A stretch of 64,000 bases of DNA from Azolla caroliniana (taxonomy: Eukaryota > Plantae > Polypodiophyta): NCBI GenBank assembly GCA_043228905.1, contig JBHGNT010000005.1, forward strand, positions 12,772,001-12,836,000. Direction: 5' to 3'. Of the stretch, positions 56,287 through 64,000 are shown piece by piece. Within the stretch, counting starts at the first letter, position 1. Each line of letters starts with the position of its first letter. Both the position numbers and the translations under genes were made by a program. Below the pieces are notes generated by a model. The model ran no database searches, was not told the DNA's origin, and worked only from the letters and a program-made list of their open reading frames with translations.

Positions 56287-57635
56287 TGAAGAAAGTAGCA
56301 TGCGGAAGCAGGTATGAAGACCGAATAGAAGGAAGGAAACTCAGGTTCAATGGAGAGCTTGAGCTTACACGGTATACGTGGGAGAGACAGACAAAGAGAG
56401 AGTGAGAGAGAAGACACAAAAACTATATTCAACGATAATACTCAGTCTGTACATAAGACGTGCTAAGTGAACACTTTTATACAAGTCCTAGAAGGACTGA
56501 CCGAAGTACTGACAGTACTTCAATGCTCATCAAGAGCTCCTACACTAACTCCCAAATATATTCCTCACGGAATATCTTTCCTAACGACCTCCTGGTTTAC
56601 GTACTCGGCCTAACCGATCGGTCCCAACCGATCCAGTCCTCGACTTCTTCAGCCGATCTAGCCGATGTTGAGCTTGTCTCTCCGAACGCTCCGAACTTCG
56701 ACGCTAAACCTCCGAGACAGATCTGGACCATCTCGCTCTCCTCGATGTTCACCTCTATGGAGGCGAGGGAGTCACAGATATCCTTGATCTTCGAGGTATA
56801 GTTCGCCACCGACAAGTCACGTTGTCGTAGGTTGCTCAACTCTTGTCGGAGCTGAAGCTTCCTGGCTGTGGTGCTCGCGGCGAAAATCTTCTTCTGATTT
56901 TCCCACGCACCCTTCGGCGTCTTTGCATCCCGAACATAGCTCAATAGCTATTCGCCCACACACGACGCGAAGCAGTACAATACCCTGCTCGCCGATTGCT
57001 CCCATGACGGGAAGTCTCTGTGTGTCGATTCGGGTGCCGCGTCATTAGCTCCTTCGACATAACTCTAGTAGCCGTGCCCGAGCAGGTACTGGTGCATCTT
57101 GTAGGACCAAGACGCGTAGTTGGTTCTGTCGAGCTTCTCTGTTTGAAGCGAGCTCGCCATGCCTCTATCCATCGTTCTTCTTCGTCAAGCTGTGTCGGCT
57201 GCAGAGAGGTTCTCAACCCTCGTGCTCTGATACCATGAAGAAAGTAGCGTGCGGAAGCAGGTATGAAGACCGAACAGAAGGAAGGAAACTCAGGTTCAAT
57301 GGAGAGCTTGAGCTTACACAGTATACCCGGGAGAGACAGACAGAGAGAGAGTGAGAGAGAAGACACAAAAACTATATTCAACGATAATACTCAGTCTGTA
57401 CATAAGACGTGCTCAGTGAACACTTTTATACAAGTCCAAGAAGGACTGACTGAAGTACTGACAGTACTTCAATGCTCATCAAGAGCTCCTACACTAACTC
57501 CCAAATATATTCCTCACGGAATATCTTTCCTAACGACCTCCTGGTTTACGTACTCGTCCTAACCGATTGGTCCCAACCGATCCGGTCCTCGGCTTCTTCA
57601 GCCGATCCGGCCGATGTTGAGCTTGTCTCTCAACA
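56287..57635 (-). mobile_element. Internally deleted Copia derivative (LTR-PBS-gag fragment-LTR) of the 24927 family
   Basis: AAAAC TSD at 56282-56286 and 57636-57640; LTRs 56287-~56682 (last bases and PPT lost) and 57236-57635; PBS at 57224-57235; it splits the LINE motif GVK|QGCP. Confidence 0.93.
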
Positions 57636-59515
57636 AAAACAGGGTTGCCCCTTGTCACCGACTCTTTTTGGGATCTACATTGATGAGATCACTCTTTTTA
57701 TTGCTCGGAAGGGAGGCAAGGGAGTAGTTATTGGGGACACGCAAGTTAGTCTCTTACTCTACGCATACGACATTGTCTTGCTCTCGAAGTCGGAACACGA
57801 CCTACAAAAGCATCTTAATGCCCTAGATGCTTTTGTACACAATGAGGACTGGTAGTGAATCTAACGAAAACTAAAGTCCGTATCTTTCATACATCATCCC
57901 GAGTTAGGAGTAAATGTCACCTAACCCTCTCTCATAAACTAGTTGAGGTAGTGGGATCATATGTATACTTGGGAGTCACTTTTAGTGCTCACTCAGGTAA
58001 ATTCTCGATGACCCAAGTAGCCAAAGATAGGCTAACGAGAGGGTATGCATCCCTCTCACTCTTAGAGAGACAATGCCACCGGGCATACTTTCAAGAGCCA
58101 CGGACTAAGGGATGGCTCTTTGACTCATTAGTGACCCCTTCCCTCATGTATGCATCAGTAGTATGAGCTCCAGGTCTACCATCCTTCAAGTGGACACAAT
58201 TAGAGAGACCTTTGGTGACGATGTTATCACCTCAACTCCGAAGCAAATCAACAGTACCACATGACATTATTAGAGCAGAGTTTAGCCTACCCCCGATGTT
58301 AGTAGAAGCACTCTTTCAAATGGTAGTTTTTATTCATCGAATACATAGCCAACTACAAGATAGGATATCACATCGAGCCTTTGAGGCATCCCGATCCCTA
58401 CATGCATCTGGAGAAACTAGCTCTTGGTATAACATTGTGGTGAGTTGGTTACTTGCAAACGGCATAGACATTAATAACCTACCTCCCCTTAAGTACAACC
58501 ATGGGACTGATCAAACTTTAATCTCTCATGAAGACCGTAATAAAGTGATACGCCAAGAAATATGGCAATTTTACACTCGATATAAATGGATCACCCCACG
58601 AGAGCCACCCCCATCTAAAATGTTGTACTATAAGGAACATTTCTTGCACTTCTCTAAGTCAGGTTTTATTACACGACCAACATATCTAGATACATTCTTA
58701 TCAAATGCACTAAGGGTGGCCATTGGACAACTTAGGATATCATCTCACCAACTTGAGATTGAGAATGGTCGAGCTAAGAGAGTCCCTAGAGAGGAAAGGC
58801 TATGTAGGTTATGCCACATAGAGATAGAGGATGAGTATCACTTCACATGCAAGTGCCCAACTTATGTTGAGATATGGGCGGAATACCAAGACATATTAGG
58901 ACCCTCTCCCACCCTCTCCAAACTATTAGATACCACGAGTGTAAAAAGACTAGGTAGGTATATCTTAGAGCTAAAACAACATAGGGAGAATCAATTACAA
59001 AGTGTTAATCATAACCCTTTTACTATTCATCAACATGTAACTAGTGTAATTTTTCAGGAACAAGGGGAGATGATGAATGTGGATACACTTACGCCGCTCA
59101 ACCTCTCCCTTGAGGAAGCAGAAATACAAAGAATAATCAAATGCCCTCGGATGTTGGGCTTCAAAACAAGTCGACGTGGAGTAGAAAAGATTAAGAAGAT
59201 AAGGGAACGTGAGCTACGTCGACTAGAAGCTATGGTTGGGGTACCTTTTACATTGGGACCACGGGCCACATCCACATTGCAACCCTTTGACCTCCCGCTT
59301 CTCTTCGAGAGACTTGGATGGAAATGAAATTAGGCCTAGTATAACATCTTTTCATTGTAGAACATGTTTTTTTAGAACTATTTTTTATCTTATTTTGATT
59401 TTTTACTTTGAACGATGAATGGGTAAATATCCCATTTTTTGTAAACCATTTGTCTCATGGGCCAAATTTGGCCTTAGAAGACGTTAATATATCTTTCTTT
59501 CTTTCTTTCTTTCTC

Positions 59516-60221
59516 ATCAAGTCTCCCTCGACTCTCCCCCTCAAGTTCGGCAAGTCGAGGTGTTATAGACCAAGCATACTCGAGAATTGTCGCAACTTGT
59601 CAAGGCCGACATGTTTGGTGAAGATGTCGGCCACTTGTCGATCCGTTGGAACATACACCAGTCTCACTTCACTAGAGAGAACTCACTCATGCACGAAGTG
59701 ATAATGCACTTTGATCTGCTTCGTCTGAGCATGGAAGATGGGGTTCTTCGCTAATTGGGTACTGCTAAGGTTGTCACAATATATCACCAGATCGTCAGGT
59801 AGGTAAAGCTTCTGACAATCTGCCGCAATTGTGTCGCGTCACAAATTGGCCCCGATGGATGGCCAAGCTTGACATGACTATCCAAAGAGGTTGAGACGGA
59901 TTTGTAATGCTGAATTTGAAGAGCATATTCAGGACATAATGCCTTGGGCTGATCAATATGCCTTCCGGGGTGCGAAACACTTCGATCTCGAGGAAGTAGT
60001 GAAGGTCCCCTGAGTTCTTCATCTCGAATGATGTCGCCAACTAAGACTTTACACGGCCGATTTCCTCCAAGTCGGCGCTAGCAATGACTAGATCATCTAC
60101 GCACAACAACATGCTAATTGGCCCATTCTAACCTTGTCGAATGAACAACAAAGAATCCAATTTTGATGGCTGAAACCCCATCCGATGGAGTCTCTGCGTG
60201 ATCTTTGCGTTCCAGGCACGG
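59516..60221 (-). mobile_element. Degenerate Copia RT/RNase H fragment
   Basis: Similar to 25826-26905 (DLHYFLEIEV, KNPIFHAQTKQIKVHYHF, NLRG). Confidence 0.8.
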
Positions 60222-60811
60222 TGTCGTGAAGAAAACCGTCCCCAGGCGCAAACCGTGTATAGTGTGCGTGAACCGGCCCTTACACGTGGGCACGTCCCTT
60301 GTCGTATAGTAGATAGGTAGGCACAGAGGTTAAATCCTAGGTAGCAATATTCTATAAGGGAAATCGAGGAGTATCTCTGTCCGAAAGGACAGGGAATTAA
60401 TGTGATGTAAACGGGTGAAACGGCCTCCCTCCTTGAGCTATAAAACAGAGGGAGACGGGGGAGAGAAGGGGGGCGCGCGCTAGAAGGAACGAAGTGCTGT
60501 CAGACTGGGACCGAGCTCTTCTTCTCTGTCGTTCTCCACAGATTTCTTTTGCGCAGGTTCTCAGGAGGTTGATTCTGCTCTGTGGAACGCCCGTGTGCTT
60601 CCGGTAGAATCTCCATCTTGCTCTCCTGTGTGCGTGGGTGATCAGGCGTCGACATCCACCTCGCCGACCTGGTCGGCTGTAACGGTTCGAGTCGTCTGCA
60701 TACATACAAATACATGCCTATATTTACATACACACTCTAGTGTTCTCAACTCGCGTCTCCTGTGTTGTTGTGACGCGTCCCCGTGCGCTTCTTTGTCTAT
60801 ACGTGAGTGAG

Positions 60812-60857
<46 letters not shown>

Positions 60858-63800
60858 TCACCTATTCCTCGGTCCAAGACCCCAGTGGTTCCGCCTTGTT
60901 CTCCACGCACGCGCGTAACAATGCGACATATTTGGTGAACCCGACGTGAACAGGCGGCAAAGGAGTAGAAGATGAGGGGGTCGAACCTCGCAGAAGCCAT
61001 GGCTTCGGCTGTGGACCGTGTAGTGAGTGCGTGCGAAGGCACCAGCACCCTTGATAGGGCTATCGAGGCGGTTGTCGGTACGATTGACCGGTTTAGTGGG
61101 AAGGATGCCACGAGCTACTTGGTGTCCTACCGGGCTGAGATGGTAATGAGGGACATTCCGGAAGAGAGGCGTCTAGCCGGATTCCCTCAAGTGGCGATGT
61201 CGGGTATCCATACGGAGGTGCTCGAGGTATGGGCCGAGAGCCGGACCTGGGAGGAGTTCGAAGGTCGGCTCCTCGAAAGATACGGACTTGAAGATGCGCT
61301 TCGACTTTCAAAGCGGGACTTCATGGAGTGGGTGGAGACCCCCGACAAAGGAAGGAACGCGTCAGTGCTCCTTCGGGAGTTTGAGGAACGCTTCACGCGC
61401 CTCTCGGTGCTTGACCGGGCCGTTCTGGAGGAGCTGACGCGGATGGTAAAGGATCTCCAGATCGCCCAGGCACGAAGGGATGGTGGCGAACAAGCCCGTG
61501 ACCGACGACCTCTGGCTGAAAACGGGTGCATGTGGTGTGACGCGGTTGGGCAAATCCGAAAGGACTGCGGGGACTTCGTTGAGGCGATGAGAAGCAACGT
61601 GATGTACCTGTGGAACGGTCGGGTGCACGCCAGCGAGACCCGAAGGGCCCTGAACCTGAACGTTGGGCGAGGGGGTATGAAAAGGCTGATGGAGGAGGCG
61701 GCGGCTCGTCACGCGGAGACTGTCCACTACTCGGCGTCGGCTGGTATTCGGGTCGGAGGTGGCGAGGCCCCGAAGACGAACAAAGTCGGGTTCTGGCCGA
61801 CAATGCTGGAAGGCCTCGTCGGCGCACGGCTAAGGAAAGAAGAAGTGGACTGCGCGGAAAAACGGGTCCGGGAGGTAACCGGGTGGAGTGACCCGGTGGA
61901 AGAAAAGACGGGCTTTGTTGAAGTCGCTTGTCAAAACTACGAGGCTCTGGTAGAGGACAAGCGGGTAGGGAAAACCGGAGGGGCCGGGCCCTCGCAGCGA
62001 TATGAAACTCGATTCGGGCAAAGATGGAATGAGGCCGGTGCAACCGGCACCTAGGATAATCCCAGGAAGGGCGGGTACCGGCTGTGCAGAGAAATCGAAA
62101 GATCCACGGACTTGCGAAAGGTCCTGGAAGAACGAATCCTCGACAGCAAGGTGGAACTGTCACTGAGGGAAGTGCGCGGGATCACCAAGAAGGAGTTCCA
62201 CGACGGAGGAAGAGGTTGTCGACGGAGACAGAACTGAAGAAGCCGGTGGAGGTGCGAACGACGCACATAGAGGACATGGCGCTGGAAGACGAGTTGGCAG
62301 AGAGCCACTATTCGAGGCCGCACTGGGCCAGAGCGACCATGGAGACCCCCGTGAAGATCAGAGATGTTCATGAACCGGTGGTGGCATTGGTGGACCATGG
62401 TTCAGAAATCAATTTGATGTCCATGGACTTCTATAAGAAGGGAAAATGGCCGATCAACACCAAGCACGGGTGGAAAATACGGGCGGCGACGCGTGCCACC
62501 GAAGAACTGCATGGAGCCTGCCCGAACGTACGAGTAAAGATCGGCGATGTCGAGATTGACCAGCACTTCTTCGTGCAGGAGATGTCCTCACATCCGGTTA
62601 TACTAGGAGAACCGTACATCATGGCAGCACGGATGGAGACCAAGGTGATGGACAACGGCTCGGCCTATGCAAGGGTCAAGAGCTAGGATGGGCGTCACTC
62701 GGTCCAGTTCCTGACGGTGAGACCGAACCATGAGAGGAACCGCGAGACCGTCGGGGGCGAGAGCCGGGAGGATTTTTGAAGAGGGCTATCAAGGCGTGGG
62801 GCCGCGATAGTCCGGACACTCCGGGAAAACCCCACAAGTGTATGATAGCGAAGAAGACCTGTACTATAAGTAGGGAATTTTGGTTCTCCGACAACGGAGG
62901 GTGTACGATAGTCGACATTGTTGGCAAGAAGAAGAAAAGGGCGGAGGAGCAACTTCGGGCATGTGGTATCCTCGGCCTTGGAGAGGAAATCAACGGAACC
63001 GTGGAGGCGGTCTCTTTCGTCAATACCTTGGGGGAGCTGCGAGAGGTAGTCGGAGGAGTCCTTAAAGAGGACCGGACGATTCCGGTATGTTCGGAAAAGA
63101 TGTACGAAGTCATCGCGGACTTCAGTAGAGGGCTCGAGTCGAATCACGGCCCAAGTGGACACGAGGTACAAGACTGTGGACCGGAAGGTGAGGCCAGTCG
63201 CAGCTCCCTTGCCGGAGTGCAGCGAGTTGCGAATAAAAGGGGTTGCGTCGGACCCGAGTTTATGAAATCCAGCCCGCATAGGACACACGTTCACCGACAT
63301 AATGCTACGGGAGCTCAAGGTTGGTGGGGGCGGCTTCCTACTGCCGGCGGAGGAGGACCGGTTTCGGGGAATGCTCGGAAGGCACGGGAAGGCTTTCGCA
63401 TTCTCACCGGAGGAGATCGGGTGCGTAGACCCGACAGTCGTGGAACCGATGGTGATATTCACGGTACCGCATGTGCCGTGGAGTCTCAAACCGATTCCAG
63501 TAACCAGAGCTCACATCCCGAAGCTGATGGAGCTGTTAAAGCAGAAGGTCGAGATGGGAATCCTCGAACCATCGAGTGCCCCATACTCGAATCGGTGGTT
63601 TACCGTGCCGAAGAAGGACGGCACGCTGCGCTTTATTCAAGACCTGCAGCCGGTCAACAAGGTGACCATTCGAAACGCAAGAATCGGACCAACAATAGAC
63701 GAGTTCGCGGAGGCCTTCGCCGGAAGGTCGATTTACTCGGTCGGTGATCTCTACTCGGGGTACGATCAGTTCCAGCTTGCCATAGAGAGCAGAGACATCA

Positions 63801-64000
63801 CGACAATGCGAACTCCTCTCGGCCTAGTACAGATGTGTACCCTGCCGCAAGGAGGGATGAACTCGGTGGCTCACATGGTGAACGCAATGAACAAAGTGCT
63901 GAGGGATTGTATCCCGGACATCACCATGCCGTTTTTGGACGACGTCCCGATCAAGGGATGCCCGGTGGAGGAAAGGGACGAGACGATCAAACCGGACGGA
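60222..64000 (+). mobile_element. Ty3/Gypsy of the same tRNA-Trp lineage, truncated by the window end
   Basis: LTR 60222-60928 (TGTCGTGAAG...GCGACA); PBS TGGTGAACCCGACGTGAA at 60933-60950; gag 60972-62054, PR 62084-62686, RT up to PFLDDVPIKG near 63930; contains stops and frameshifts. Confidence 0.93.

Larger units (their letters stand above)
54600..59515 (+). mobile_element. Two-ORF LINE (RTE-X/L2-like), endonuclease deleted, interrupted by a Copia derivative
   Basis: GTC-repeat 5' UTR; ORF1 coiled coil plus RRM-like domain (55069-55750); RT motifs PIHKGGD, FVDFRKAFD, GVK|QGCPLSPTLF, LLYAYD, YLGV; C-terminal RLCRLC...EDEYHF..C; (TTTC)n tail at about 59493-59515. The 5' boundary is approximate. 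Confidence 0.85.

Overview
Repeat-rich nuclear DNA from a land plant, probably a non-seed plant (fern, lycophyte or bryophyte; inferred from the TE lineages only). It contains one intact host gene: a 20-exon Sen1/Upf1-like SF1 helicase of MAGATAMA3 type (minus strand, 12680-19550, about 841 aa, one GC-AG intron). Most of the remainder is nested transposable elements. These are an Athila/Tat-like Gypsy with an extra 3' ORF (1-7304), several Copia elements and derivatives, two or more copies of a tRNA-Trp-primed Gypsy lineage with a probable -1 frameshift after the protease, and LINE remnants including an RTEX-like element. Two structures stand out. (i) A 25.5-kb DNA transposon (20343-45843) has GGG...CCC TIRs, a 4-bp TCCA TSD and a Sola2-type DDD transposase; its ~9.9-kb core also carries spliced cargo genes (RING-like, FCP1/HAD-like), palindromic TAGCTAATTAGCTA arrays and an 84-bp satellite. 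(ii) Nested in it is a 2.9-kb LTR element lacking gag/pol (34379-37254, CAACA TSD), with a tRNA-Arg-type PBS next to BOTH LTRs in opposite orientations and no polypurine tract. All calls were made by eye; no database searches were run.
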